In this document: positions 35,701 to 49,745 of the stretch, in pieces
How the letters are laid out: each line of letters opens with the position of its first letter
Numbering within the stretch: position 1 is the stretch's first letter
Assembly (NCBI GenBank): GCA_950097015.1
Contig: CATNEN010000007.1
Coordinates: forward strand, 10,726,001 to 10,790,000
DNA from: Macrostomum hystrix
Lineage: Eukaryota > Animalia > Platyhelminthes
DNA: 64,000 nucleotides
Reading direction: 5' to 3'
Notes under the pieces: model-generated
Seen by the model: only the letters and a program-made list of their open reading frames with translations
Databases searched by the model: none
What the model was told of the DNA's origin: nothing
Program-made: the position numbers and the translations under genes

Positions 35701-38700
35701 CCCTTCGGCCAGGCGTCAGCAGCTGCAGCAGCGGCGGCACGAGTCACTCTCCGCTGTGGAAATCCACAGGTTCGGCAACCTGGACAACTCATTAAGCAAA
35801 CCCAAGAGCCTATGAGCTATGAGCTCAGTTGAGCTCTGGCTCAGCAACTCGTCGATATGTATAGAAAAAGTATTAGAAAGCTTATTCCAGGAAATCCAAT
35901 ACTTCTCTGAGTTCTAAGAGCTTTCAAACTGTAGGCTTCCGCAATTGAAAGTCCAGAACCAGTATTAAAATGCACACGAGATATGGTAAAAGTAGACCGT
36001 CTGTCAAAATTATTGAATATATAGATGTTCTGGACAGGTTTAGACTTGATAATTGTTTCAGGATGTGCTCAAAATGTTAGGCTAGTTGGCCAGTGTTCCA
36101 GGATTTCGTTCAGGCGCAACAAACAATAACTGTCAGCTCCATTGGTACTTCTACTATGAATGCGCAAACAGCTTTGTTCAATTCTTCGATTCAGGTCCGC
36201 GGACAGCGAGTTTATCTGCCGCGTATGCAAGATCCGCTCCCCCTACCTGGGACTAGTTGATGCCCACCTGCAGACGCACCGATTCCAGCTGCTGGTGAAG
36301 TGCGCCACCTGCTACCAGCTGGTGGAGCGCGACTGGCACATCATCGGGCGTCACTACCAGACCCAGCACCCGGACTCCAGCCCGGAGACTCGCGCCTATA
36401 TTGAGACACCCAGTTACGTAATCCTGCACAGCAATGGCGAGTACGTCTGCCCCTACTGCAACTTCTCCAATTCCAGCGTGTGCGAGTTCAATGCCCACAA
36501 TTGCCCAAGGCTGCGCTGCGCGCTGCCGTCACCTGCCGAAACCAAGTGCAGCGTGTGCAGCGTCGGCTTCAACACCACCATCACCCAGGTGTGTCTACTT
36601 TGTGTGCCCGTATCTTCAGGCTGAGCCCTCCTCCGTATCTTCAGGCTGAGCCCTCCTCCGTATCTTCAGGCTGAGCCAACTTCCGTATCTTCAGGCTGAG
36701 CCCTCCTCCGTATCTTCAGGCTGAGCCCTCCTCCGTATCTTCAGGCTGAGCCAACTTCCGTATCTTCAGGCTGAGGCCCTCCTCCGTATCTCCGTATCTT
36801 CAGGCTGAGCCCTCCTCCGTATCTTCAGGCTGAGCCCTCTTCCGTATCTTCAGGCTGAGCCCTCTTCCGTATCTTCAGGCTGAGGCCCTCCTCCGTATCT
36901 TCAGGCTGAGCCCTCCTCCGTATCTTCAGGCTGAGCCCTCTTCCGTATCTTCAGGCTGAGCCCTCCTCCGTATCTTCAGACTGAGCCCTCCGTATCTTCA
37001 GGCTGAGCCCTCCTCCGTATCTTCAGGCTGAGCCCTCCTCCGTATCTTCAGGCTGAGGCCCTCCTCCGTATCTTCAGACTGAGCCCTCCGTATCTTCAGG
37101 CTGAGCCCTCCTCCGTATCTTCAGGCTGAGGCCCTCCTCCGTATCTTCAGACTGAGCCCTCCGTATCTTCAGGCTGAGCCCTCCTCCGTATCTTCAGGCT
37201 GAGGCCCTCCTCCGTATCTTCAGACTGAGCCCTCCGTATCTTCAGGCTGAGCCCTCCTCCGTATCTTCAGGCTGAGGCCCTCCTCCGTATCTTCAGGTTG
37301 AACCTCTTCAGGCCGACTCCTCCGTACTTAAGACTGACTCCTCCGTATCCTCAGGCTGAGCCCTCTTCCGTATCTTCAGGCTGAGCCCTCCTCCGTATCT
37401 TCAGGCTGAGCCCTCTTCCGTATCTTCAGGCTGAGCCCTCTTCTGTATCTTCAGGCTGAGCCCTCCTCCGTATCTTCAGGCTGAGCCCTCTTCCGTATCT
37501 TCAGGCTGAGCCAACTTCCGTATCTTCAGGCTGAGCCCTCCTCCGTATCTTCAGGCTGAGGCCCTCCTCCGTATCTTCAGACTGAGCCCTCCGTATCTTC
37601 AGGCTGAGCCCTCCTCCGTATCTTCAGACTGAGCCCTCCGTATCTTCAGGCTGACTCCTCCGTACTTAAGACTGACTCCTCCGTATCCTCAGGCTGAGCC
37701 CTCTTCTTCATATGCCAGTCAAACCCAAACTTTGCAATGGGCCGCTCCCATCCCCAGGAGGCCATCCACTCGCACCTGGTGAACTTCCACCGTATCTGCC
37801 CCGTGTGCGCTCGCGTTGAGAACACTGAGCCCGGCGATCCGCGCGATCCCGGCCGCAACTGCGGCTACTGCGAGCAGCTGCTCCACCTGGCCAAGAATGT
37901 CAGCGATGCCTCCGCCTGCTACACGGACAAGGAGATGGCCCTGTTTATGCAGGCCAAACACCACAACATCCAGCAGGTGCCCACCCAGCACCTGCACCTG
38001 CCCAACGCCTCCATGCAGAAGCTGGCCTCGCCCGACCTGTTCCGCGGCTCCCGCACCAACTGGCAGTGCCGCCTGTGCGACACCTCCTTCCCCGACATCG
38101 ACTCGTTCTCCAAGCTATTCGCCCTGTCCAACCACCTCATCAAGAAGCACCGCCTGGTGCCGCTGTTCGCCTGCCCGAAGTGCTGCCACCGCTTCTCATC
38201 CGAGGTGCTCACCACCAGTCACATTCAGCGCTGCCACCAGACCAAGCACCTCATTCCCCAGTACCTGGTGGACGAGTCCAACTTCTTCCGACCAGTCACT
38301 GTCACAACGGTGGCTTCCGGTGGCAACCTGGTTGATGTCGGGCGGCCGCCGAACCTGGGCCAGACTCTGCACAATCGCTACAAGACCCAGCAGGTAATGA
38401 GCTGCGCTGGTTCTAATTAGTAGAGTACATAACTGGGGGTTAGATTTTTCTATTGTTCTATTTGTCGAATGAAGCAAAAAATGCGTCAAAATCAAACTAT
38501 TTTATGCGAGTCTTTAACGCTCTTAAATCATTTCTCTCTATTCTCAACTGTTATAATGAATTTTCGTCTATGGTACTAGCCCGTAAATATGTGGGGACTC
38601 TGCCCACACACCCCCGAAGCACCAAAGAACTGTACCAAAAATAAGCAATCGAATTTCATAGATGATTAACGCCGTTTAATTCATCATAGTCTACGCTCAT

Positions 38701-41432
38701 ATGGTTACCCGCTAAAAAATAGGGATGTTTCTTTGGGTGATTCCACTTGGAATCTGCGGTGTTTCCAGAAAAAGAAACAGCCGAACGCTGGAAACATACC
38801 AATCGGATGATTCCATGCTTAGAATCTACCCAACTGGGCGTTTTCTCGGTGCTTCTTGGTGGCGAAATGGAATCACCCAAAGAATCCTCCAGTTCGGAAG
38901 ATTTCATGCTCAGAAACCGCCGAGGAATCGCCCGTAAATAATTCTCTGGTTGTCCCATTGGCCACTGGTTCGGGTGATTCTTCGGCGGTTTCCGCACAAT
39001 TTACGGTTACATCGGCTGCTTCCTGGGTGGTTTCTTGAACTCTTGCGAGATAGGGGGGTTTTGGTAGATTCCACTCCTATTTTGCACAAAAAACCCGCCG
39101 AAGAAGCAGCCGAATTTTTTACGGGGTAGAAAATTCTCGGCCACACTCGCTTTGCTCGCCTCGAGACCATTAAATGAAGCCTCGGACATTCTCTAAATTC
39201 TTAGAATGTTAATTAAACGGCGATTATTATGCAGCAATGCACGAATTTAGAATGGTAAGTTATATGCGGTTTAACGTGTGGCTTAACGTGCGGTCTGTCC
39301 CACACTAAATATACTACTGACTCTTAATTTGTGAAGTAACATGCGACCAATCAGAGTTTAGTTGGCGGTTTTAGATGCGAGCGCATTCTAATGCAGTCTA
39401 ACGTGCGGAATAACATTCGGCGAAAGTCACACGTGATTTATCTGTTTTTCTTTCAGGACGCCACGGCGGCCGCAGTCCCAGCGGCAGGCCCGTCCTCCTC
39501 GGCATCCAGCGGCAGCGGCCAGCGAATGCGCGAGCTGGCGGCCCGGCCACCGCCGGCCGGCTCCGTCCTGGCCGAGGCGCAGGAGCTTCGCTATCATTGC
39601 GGCAAGTGCCGCCGCAAGAGCTACTCCTTCTTCAATGTGGAGTTCCACGTAAAGGACAGCCACCCAGAGGTCTTGGTCTATGTCTGCCCCATCGCTGGCT
39701 GCGGATCCCGCTTCACTGACAATGACTACAGGCTGCACTTCGACGTGACCAACGGTGTTCACAGGAGCCACGAGCTGCGGGCCGCCTCGGCCGCCCACCA
39801 GGCCAACGCAGGCCGGACTCGCTATGCCTGCGCCCTCTGCTGGCAGTTCACGACTGACTCGGCCATGACGGTTATCCAGCACTGCGAGGCCATTCATCAG
39901 AGTCGCTTCACCCATGCCCGCTGCCCTGTCTGCAGCTTCCTCATCTGCGCCGGCCACGCCTCGCTGCAGGCTCACCTGCACAGCGAGCACCCCGCGCTGC
40001 TGCCACTGGTCAGTGCACTGCCGGTTCGGCCTCTGTGATTATCTGATAAACTCCCCAAATCGCACCGATGATTCCACTGAATGACTCCCCGCAATGCCTT
40101 CCACAGGTCAGGGACGGCACCGTGCCTCTCACGCTGGAGCAGGACAGCGGCCTCATAGTGGCGCCAGTTCGCCTGCCCGCCGGTCCGAACTGTCCAGCCG
40201 AGACAGTCGGGCTCTTCACCTGCAAGCTGTGCGGCGCCGGGGCCGACACCGCCGCCGGCGCAGCTGTCCACTGGGCCGCCGAGCATCAGCAGGAGAAGCC
40301 GCCATTTGCCTGCCCAGTCTGCCCGCGCACCTGGTTTAGCCGACGCCAGGACGCCGAGACCCACCTGGTGGAGGCGCATTCCGCTGAACCGGCTCTCGCC
40401 GCTGCCGAACGCAGCCGCGCCATCTGCGACATCTCTGGCTGCAAGTTCAACAAGGTCTGTCAGCTGGCAGATGCCGTCAGCCACCTGCGCAGATATCACG
40501 CTGACGCTATCGGCGACGAGCTCACCTTAGCCTGCCCGCTGTGCTCGCACATGCGAATGGCCTCCGTTGACCTGGCCGAGGCTCATCGGCGAGTTGACCA
40601 CGCTGGCGTGCCGCCCGAGCTGATGCCGATGGCCCGGCTCAGCGGCCGCACGGCCAAGCTCATGCGGATTGAGGTTTGAGCCAGCGGCAGTTTTCTGTTC
40701 TTCACTGTATATTGCTTTAGCCAGTCTATTCTCTATTGATTTGCTTCCATTTGCGGTCTATTTGCTCTAAGGCTTGTCTTTCTCTACCCGCAGTCTACTT
40801 TTGAAGCTTCAAGTACAGATTTAGCCTCCGGTTCCGCACCAGCCACCGAGACAGCCGTTCGAACTGCCACCCCGTCAGCTGCTTCCGCCGCTGCGCCTGC
40901 CGCCAATACCGGAGCTGCGCCTGCCTCGGCCACTGCCACTGCATCGGCTGCAGTCACCGCGTCCGCTTCCACCCGTTCAAAGTCTGCAGCAGCCGCACCA
41001 GATGAGCTGCAGCCGCCGGAGCTGCAGCCGCAGGTAATTGCAGCCAGGCCGGAGCCAGCCCCAGCCGCTCTTTCGGCGCCGCAGCCGCGCACGGAAGCTG
41101 AGATGCTGCGAGAGATTGAGTCGCGCGGCCTGATTTTTGTTCCATCCTGTGACATTCGCCTGACGGAGCCGCTGTACCCCGGCTGCGACCCCGCCAACCC
41201 AACCCAGGCCGACCTCGCCGAGGCTTTCCGTGTGCTCCGCGTTCTGCCTCCGGCTGCGGCCGGACAGGCCGCCAGCTTCGTGACTCCGACGTCCGGCGCG
41301 CAGCTATTCGCCCTGCCGCAGGGCGGCGGCAGCGGCCGCGTAGATCAACAGGCTCCCACTGGCCAAGCGGTGATGCATTACCCGCCCGGCTTCTTTGCGG
41401 CCGGCGGCAGTGGTGGCGGTCGTCAACGATGA
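32706..41432 (+). CDS. Large multi-C2H2 zinc-finger protein (~1500 aa); exons 32706-32823, 33039-33358, 33528-33922, 34046-34306, 34965-35189, 35383-35769, 36195-36588, 37758-38393, 39457-40008, 40107-40673, 40794-41432
   Basis: Many degenerate C-x2-C-x12-H-x3-5-H fingers (e.g. CVFCDFTCDRVLGMLNHLYLFH, CPKCCHRFSSEVLTTSHIQRCH) and basic NLS-like segments. All junctions are GT-AG and keep the frame. Confidence 0.8.
34368..34941. repeat. 22/24-bp intronic minisatellite (gtcatagtgagtgtccacagat[gt])
   Basis: Visible tandem units. Confidence 0.92.
36608..37705. repeat. ~25-bp intronic minisatellite (ccgtatcttcaggctgagccctcct)
   Basis: Visible tandem units. Confidence 0.92.
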
Positions 41433-44400
41433 CAGCACTTTTATCTCCGCGTTTGTTCTATTGCCTAGCTTAAATATTCACAGCTGCGTTCAAGGCCACT
41501 ATCACTTTTGTGAAAGTGACTTGCTGGACTGAGGGCTAATTCAGATGAACAAAGGATTTATTCAGCTTTCTAGCTGTTCGTAAATGTTTCTCGGTAATGA
41601 AATTATTATGCTACTTTGTTGTTATCGTTTTAAGTCAATTGTCTGCATTTTAGTTACTGTTTGCTTGTCTGATTCTATTTAAGTATGTGTCAGGCACACT
41701 TTGCCTTATCTTATTGCATGACAATATCACGATGTCGCAAAGGTCTCAATGACAGCGTTTTTGATCGGTCTAAATTCATCGAATTCTTTGCTCGCTCTTC
41801 TGTTATTAACTTCAAAGTTAAGTTTATCTCCTCCAATCTCTGCTAACATCTGAAATGAGTAAGCTATTGTTGCCATTTGTTGCAACATTTCGCCATTGTG
41901 TAGTTTCCATGCTGTAAATACAATTGATATTGTGCAAGTCTGAATGCTTAAATTGTACTGCATTATTTAAACTGCTTGCTGACTAACTTTGGCAGAAAAC
42001 TCTGTTGCAAATAAGACGCAAGCACAGTTAAAAAATCGGTGCTTAGGCTTTGACTTCTTGTACGTAAAGTGCATAAAATTCGCAAGCCTATCACTCCAAG
42101 AGGCATGCTGCCAAGGCGATGAGTTGGGATTAAAGCACAATATAAAAAGAGGTGTCACTCTCGCTTTACCAAAGCCATCGAACGTAAGTGTACTGAGGTA
42201 CATTTATTAATTATAGAAGAATACTACTAAATGTACTACGAAAGTAAAGGAGTAGTAAGTTATTATTGCGATTGCGTGCGGTCAACAACAACAAGGGCCA
42301 TCTCCTTCTCCTTCATGCATGCAAAATCCTTTGACGACCAAATTGTTTGTCAGTTAAGCATCATTTCGCACCCGGTACCTATGGATTGAATTTCAAGGAA
42401 TTGTGCTATGGGGTCTTACTTCCGCTATATATTTACAAACATATTTGTAAATTTCTTTGCACATTGAAACTGTTGAAGCGCGGTCAGTGTGGAACCCGCA
42501 ATAAGCGAATCTTCCATTTAAAACAAAACTTAAGCAACTAAACATTCCTTTTCAGTTTTTTTGCTTAAGCATGCTTATTGTAGATAAATAAGTAAGTTTT
42601 TCCCTAAACATAAAAAATATATGCTCGTTAGCTCGCATTATTAATTTATTTAAACTCCAGTTCAATGTTACAATTACTTAATTTGTATTAAGTCATGAAC
42701 ACATGGAAAAAATAATATGAACTCATTGTTGTATGCATGCAGACGGAATATATTTTCACAACACAATTAAAAGCTTTGTTCATAACAGCCAGGCGAAAGA
42801 GTAAAAAGCTATGATATTATTACCTGAAGACGATAAACAAGTAGCGCACACGTCGCACAACCCTTGTTCGACTACATACATGCTACGAATGATACGTATT
42901 GGCCTTGGTCTATCCTAATAATTATCTTCCCTCAGCTTATCCCTATGCCATATGCTAAATACGTTTAGTATTTCTTACAGGGACTGCAACTATACTCAAA
43001 TTTAAATTTGTGCCAAAGTTAGTGACTTCATCAAGTGCTATAATTCAAGAACTAGAGGTACTAGAGTGCAGGCCTTAAATGTGCAGGAGATACATGTTTT
43101 TGGGATCCAGGTATGGCCATATAAGTACATTTGTTGTGCTCCAAATTGGGACAAGCTGGCATTACTTAGTATTCTCAAATTAGTTATTTAATTTCATACA
43201 AATTAACATTAGAAATGAACACAAACATAAATTCAGTAGATTAGGTCCTAATATTAAAATTACACCCTTAAGTCATAAGATTCCAACAAATCAGTAACTG
43301 CTATGACTTGATATTATAGACAGCTTGCTAGTATGGCCAGACAGTCTAATAATGTAATATACAGCTATGACTTGCTTATGGACATGGCTGCAATGCCCTT
43401 AAGTTCCAGAATTATAATTTATAGACATAGTCACTGTCCATAAAAAAGCACACCACAATTGTATGTTGAAATGAGGAACATGGCAGCTATGTCAATAATT
43501 TTGTTATGCTTATTGTTATCTGCATGGCAGCTATGCCCCTAATGGGCAAAGTGTGACATTTTTATGGTTTGTTTTCTATTTTACCTTGATGACAAAATGT
43601 AAAGTAAAAAGTACTTACTTATTTGCAGGGGGCCTGGGGCACTTGACACAAAAACACAGGAATGGCATGCCCCCAAAAGTAAAAAGTAAAGAAGCAAAAT
43701 AATTCCAAACAACATGTATATATAAAGGAAGTGCTTATTCCCATGGTCCCGTGCCAATAAGTTCAATTTTATCCACATGGATCCATGCCGATAATTTTCT
43801 GCTTATCCACACAGCAGCTTGTATGAATAGGTCTACTCAGTTATTGCCTTTCTTTGGCTCACTGGTGAGGTATATTTTTAACAGCAAGATTTTCCTCATT
43901 TATATAGTGTTCTTAAAATTTGTTTTAATACAGTATTTTCCTATAATATAAAAAATATTTATAGTATATGGCATATAAAATATATAGCACAGAAATAAAA
44001 AAAATACTTGAGATATACTGTATAGTGCAAAAATATTGAAATGTTACAGTAGTTTGAGTTATCCTCTGCAGTTTAATATTTATATGATGTTGTATTTTAA
44101 GGCAAAATGAGGCAAATGTAAAATAAGGAGTTTTCTCAGAATGTTCACATATGAATATCTTGGGCTCCTGGTCTGCAAGAGATAGGGCCTAGTAAATCTC
44201 AACCCAGGGTTGCAGGTTTCTTGTATGTTTTTTGGCTGAGTCATCCTGTTTAAATAAATAGTAGAAGTGACTCAGCTGGCTTGAAATCTCTGTTCTATGC
44301 ATCCAGTGGGTATCAAACTGGGCAAAGAAATCTTTTTGTGTTTTAATTGCTTTTGCAGTACTAATGAGCTCCAGTATAGCATAAGTTCACTGTTAATTTT

Positions 44401-46155
44401 TTTTAATTCCAACATCACTGTATGTTGGGTCCCCTAATAATTTGGAAATTGTGAAAACTAGGGGCTTGTTATAGAAATTTTATGGAAAAAAGATAAATCA
44501 GCTTTAGTTCCTTGAAAGAACAAAATATATTACTATCATTAGTACCTTTATAGCTTTATCAAGTATAGCTACTATAGTAGCCTAGTTTAATTATTTGCTT
44601 ATGGTTTATATTTAATTATTAGTATAAATATTTGTATACTGATATTACATAGTATACCAATGCTTGAGTTAAGCTTTTAATAAAGCATTGTCAATCTTTT
44701 TTGTTTCTTTGACTAGTCATGCAATCATTATCTCATTGAATTAGTTTCATCATTGTCATTATAGCAATGTTTTCAGTTTTGTTAACTTATACTTAGCTAC
44801 CTTATTATACCCATCCACATTGTTAGTGAAACCATTTTTGGTATTTGAACTTACTAATGTTAGTTTTCATTGAAATTTTAATGTTACTTGTGTCCTAAGA
44901 AAGCATTACACACTGGTGTCATTCAAAATAAGCCAGTCCCTAATTTGACTGACTGACTAAAGACTATGAAAATATGTAAGCTCTGAGACAAAACATTATG
45001 TGTCACATGTTTTGTGTGACTTATTGCTAGTGTGTACCCAAGGCACCTAGGTTTAGATAGATGACATGTGTTCCACAGCACCTCTTTAAGGCATTACACA
45101 AGGTCTAAAATCAGCTGCAAAAGAATGAGGTATTTGTCTGCCCAGCTGAAATTTTACAGTATGATTTTAGATTTTAGATCAGATTGTTGCAGTTATTGCA
45201 GATTATTTTTATTATGTGCAGCTTAGATGTGCAGCCAATGACAGTTAAGACTCAGTTTTAGACCCGGGGCCAGCAGATAAATATTATTTGCTGCACTGCT
45301 GCCAGCCCGTTTGCAGAGTTCAAAGTTCGCTGCTGCTGCACCTGAGAGTGCGCGCGGACCAACCCCACCCAGATAGCAACACCAACCCTGTGCCAGGCTG
45401 TGCTGTTCGGTGTGATGCCAGCTCCATTATGATCCAATCTGTGTTGCAGTCAGTGCATGGAAAGTGTTCTGCTTTGTTGATGGTTCAGTTCGCAAGTTAT
45501 TCGCCTGTCTGACCTTTCCCCTCGGAGCACTCCCTGTAGGGATCGAGCATGTCAATATGCAGCATTTGCTTCAGCTGTGCCGAAAATGACTAGCTCGGCG
45601 CCTCCATTGTCTTCTCGACTCGCCTGTGCGCACTGCCCAGAGCTACAGGCACCAGACTGCAGCCGGGGCTGGGCAGGCCAGGGCAAAGAAGGCAAAAGTG
45701 CTCAGCTGTCTGTGAGGTCCAGTTCTAAGGGAATACGCAACTCGAGAGTCTGTCGGTCCAGTTATGGATTTGGGTGGAGGGTTGGGCAAGTGCGCGCTGT
45801 GTTTTCCTGCCCGCAGTATCTGCACGCCTCCCTCCCTTTTTTATTTGGACCAGCCAGTATCTGCAGCGCATTTTCGGCGAGCCTGCACCGTAGCCCAGCC
45901 CCTCCCTGCCCCCTTGCCACCCCAGCCTATCTGCTGTGGGCCCGCCTCACTCCCCTGCTGCAATTATTTCCTTATTTGAAATTGCTCCGCCCGCCTTTAC
46001 ATTTGCTGTTATAAAGCAATACAAAGGCACGTTAATTTCAAATCCATAGTCAGTCAGCTCCTGCCCTACTTGCCGCTGTTGCAGGCTAGCGCTCGGGCCA
46101 GCCAGTCTCCGTTTAGCCAGTGCGGCCGCCCGTAGCCTGCCGTAGCGCCAGCCTC

Positions 46156-48134
46156 ATGGGCGGCGTCAACAGCCTGTGCATCGGGCGCTGCCGGCATCCC
46201 TCCGACACGCCAGAGAATCACCTGCAGTCCAGGCACTGGCGAAAGCCGCCTAAACCTCAGCAGCCTCCGCTACTGCTGTCACTGCAGCTCAACAATGGAG
46301 CCGCACCGGCCGCGGGGGAGGCCATTGCCAGCACGCCGCTACGCGTTGAAGTTTCGCCACCCGCTGACTCGGACGTGTCCGGGGTCTTCAGCAACCTCCA
46401 GCAGGCGCAGCCGCCACAGCAGCAGCAAGTCGCGCCGCTGCCAGCCCGGCCGAGCCGCTGGTCCCTGCGTGAGTCGTTTAGCAAGTCCAGCAAGTCTCAC
46501 CGGCGCAACTTTAGTGCCGCCTTCTCACAGGTCGACACCGCGGACGATGCGGACGACTCGCTGCAGCAGCGGCAGCATCGGCTGCCAAAGTTCGAACTGC
46601 TCGAGCTGAACTCGGCCAGTGAGGAGCAGTTCATGACCCTGCCCGGCGTTAACCGCGCCACCGCTGAGAACATTGTGGCCTACCGGCGCCAAATTGGCGC
46701 CTTCCGCCGTGTCGAGGACCTTGTGCTAGTGCCGGGCATCGGCGGCGACAAGCTGCGCCTCCTGCGTCCGGAAGTCTGCGTACGTGCCGGCCCTCCGTCG
46801 CCGAATTCGGCAGCATCGCCATCTTCTGTCAATGGTTTAAGCTGTGGCGGCGGTGGCAAGCCTTTGGCGCTGAACTCGGCGAACCTGTTCCAGCTGATGC
46901 GCCTGCCGGGCGTCACCCAAGCAACTGCCGAAGCTCTAGTCAATGAGCGGCAGCGCCGCAGCGGCTTCCGCTCGCTGGACGAAGTCGCCTCCCTGCCAGG
47001 TGTCGGATGGGCCCTCCTGACCGGCCTCCGCGGCCGCATTTGCTTGGACATCTCCGACGAGCAGCAGGCCGGCGAACCGCCGACCCTGGCCAGCCGTTTC
47101 AGCGAGTCGCAGCTCTGCCTGCTGGCCGAATGCCGCATCTTCGACAGGCCCTACGCGCGGCCGCCGACATGCGCGGCCTTCGATGGCCTGCTGGCCGGGC
47201 GGCCGACTGTGCGCGTGGCCGCCTGGAATCTCAACCGGCTCAGCCTGGACAAGGTCGCCAATCCGGGCGTCCTTGAGGTTCGTGCTGTTCCCTCACCCTC
47301 TGATCCACAGTTCCCCGTATTGATCCTAACTCTATGGCCAAAACCCTGTCTCGGGTTCAGGTGGTCTGCTGCACGCTGCTGGAGAACGCCATCTCCGTAT
47401 TGGCCGTGCAGGAGCTGACCGAGCCGGCCGCGCTGCAGCGGATCTGCGACGAGCTCAACCAGCCCACCCTGCCGGCGGTGCTTCGGTGGCGGGGTGGCGA
47501 GCGCGGCCAGTGGAGCGCCTGTGCCTCCGAGTCTCCAGTTGGACGCGCCTTCCAGGCGGCCGAGTACGGCGGCTTCGTCTACCGCGCCGGACCGCGCGTT
47601 CGGTTCCGCCAGGCTGCACCGCTCGAACGGCCCTCCGCTGACCGCGCCTTCACCCGCAGCCCGTTTGTTGCCCAGCTGTCCATTGGCGGCTGCCGTCTCC
47701 TCGCTGCCAGCCTGCATCTGAAGGCGCCCCAGCTTGGCGACTCGAGCTCCGGCCGCACCGAGTCGGAAGCCGACTTCCTACCCGACCTGGCCGACGCCCT
47801 CGCCTCCGTCGGCGGCCCCGACGCCCGCTGCCTGCTGCTCGGCGACTTCAACCTTCCGCCAGACCACGCCGCTTTCGAGCCGCTGCGGCGACTTGGCTAC
47901 TCCTGCCTGCTAGCGCCGGACGAGCCGACAAATATCAGCAGGGAGTGCCCGGCAGGCAGCCGCGCCTACGACAACCTTTGGGCGAGTCCGCTGTGCAAGC
48001 GGGCCTTCACCGGCCAGGCCGTGGTGGTCCGTAACGGCCTGTTTCACCCGCTAATCCCAGCCAACTGGAACTTCGGTGGGCCCGTCAGCGACCACTGCCC
48101 TGTGTACGCCGAGTTCTACTCCGACGTTCAGTGA
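46156..48134 (+). CDS. EEPD1: Endonuclease/exonuclease/phosphatase domain-containing protein 1 (~631 aa); exons 46156-47277, 47361-48134
   Basis: N-terminal MG...C (acylation-like). Two ComEA-type HhH domains (LNSASEEQFMTLPGVNRATAENIVAYRRQIGAFRRVEDL). EEP motifs AWN, AVQE, LLGDFN, YDNLW, SDHCPV. Confidence 0.92.
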
Positions 48135-48676
48135 TTGGATGCGGGACCCACCGACTGCTGACCCTAGGATGGCGGGCGAGATTCACCACCGCCCTCAGGA
48201 TTCTATGCCAGTCCTCAGTGTGTCGGGCCAGCTGTGCCTTCTGTTTTACAGTATTTTTTGTACCTATTCTGAACTGCGTTCATTTGCGGGACCCTCGCCG
48301 CCTCGTCCCCTTCTGTTTTATTGTTGTACTTAATTACTGCACCTGTCGTGCACAATACACCAATGGCTTCAATGGATTCAAACTGAAATACTTTTTTAAT
48401 TGAGACTATTTTTGTTGCTTTCTTACTGGCGCACTTGGCTTTTGCGTTTTCACTGCAGCCCCTCCGTTGTTTCAGATTTATTGTTTTATTATACAGTAAC
48501 TAAGATTTTTATCAGCACGATGCCACTGCATGTCTCTGTTGTACTTTCCCAGCTTCTGTCATTTTTCATCGGTTTTACAATACTGTATATTTTGCTCTGC
48601 CGCAACAGTAGTATGTTAGTTCCTGATTAACTAACTTTCATTATTGGCCTACGTTCCCATGTCCTCTGAAGTTCCT

Positions 48677-48868
48677 TGATTGGCCGAAATTACCTGTTGA
48701 TTGGTTAGAGTTCCCTGATTGGTTAGAGTTCCTGATTGGTTAGAGTTCCCCTATTGGTTAGAATTCCCTTATTGGTTAGAATTCCCTTATTGGTTAGAAT
48801 TCCCTGATTGGTTAGAATTCCCTGATTAGTTAGAATTCCCTTATTGGTTAGAATTCCCTGATTGGCCG
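48677..48868. repeat. ~19-bp tandem repeat of an inverted CCAAT box (ctgattggttagaattcc)
   Basis: About 9 units, each with ATTGG or a near variant. Confidence 0.85.
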
Positions 48869-49745
48869 GCAAAATCAGTCCCGCTTGCCGTTTGTTTTTC
48901 AGCCCGCCAGTGCACTTTACTATGCATGGCTGATTCTGCCAATACCAATTCTAATGCCAATGCCCAGTTGTTACCCAGTACAATTGAAGGCCAATTTGTG
49001 TGCCTTTGCATGCTAGCTGGCCAAGTTTTTAGCTTGATGCTCTGTTCTGTGCCATTCTGCTGCCTCATCTCCACTGTTTGCATGCTCGGAAATACAGCAA
49101 GCACCGACTGTGCTTCATCCACTGCAGCTCCTGTGCCGGGTGCTTCAAGCTTTCCTTGACTTTGCTTTCATCGAGCTACCGCTAGCACAATCAGCCTGCA
49201 GCTTAGTCTCTTTCCCATTGGCAATATCACAGATTTCCCCAAAGCAGCAATAGCAAGTCTCACAGCGCGCATTGACCTTTGACCTGCAGCTCAAGCCAGC
49301 GCGGTGGCGCAAGCACATGCAGTCCCCTCCACCCCCTGTTTTGAAATCGCGCCATGCGTTCCGCCCAGATCGCGCGACATTTCACAGAGCTGAAGCCAGC
49401 TGGGGTAGCCAGTTAGGAACTCGGTGGCTCTCACTGCAGGTGCCACACTTATCTGGCTCTACAAGCCTAGTGTTACCTACCTGTGCTTTCAAGCTAAATC
49501 TCAGGCAATTATCTCTCTTATTCAAAGCCTTCCTACATTGTATTATAGTGTAGTGTAAAGTTTAGTTTGTACTTTAAAATTTTATCTTTAGAGTTGATAG
49601 AATGAACAAAGAGTTAAACTTACCTGGATTTGCTACGTCAGCAAGCTGTGATTATAAACTAAGTCTATTTTTGATCCCTCGTGGTGTTAAAGCCACTTGT
49701 TGACCTGTTCCAACACTTCCAGACAGCAAGCAGCTCTGCCTGCCT

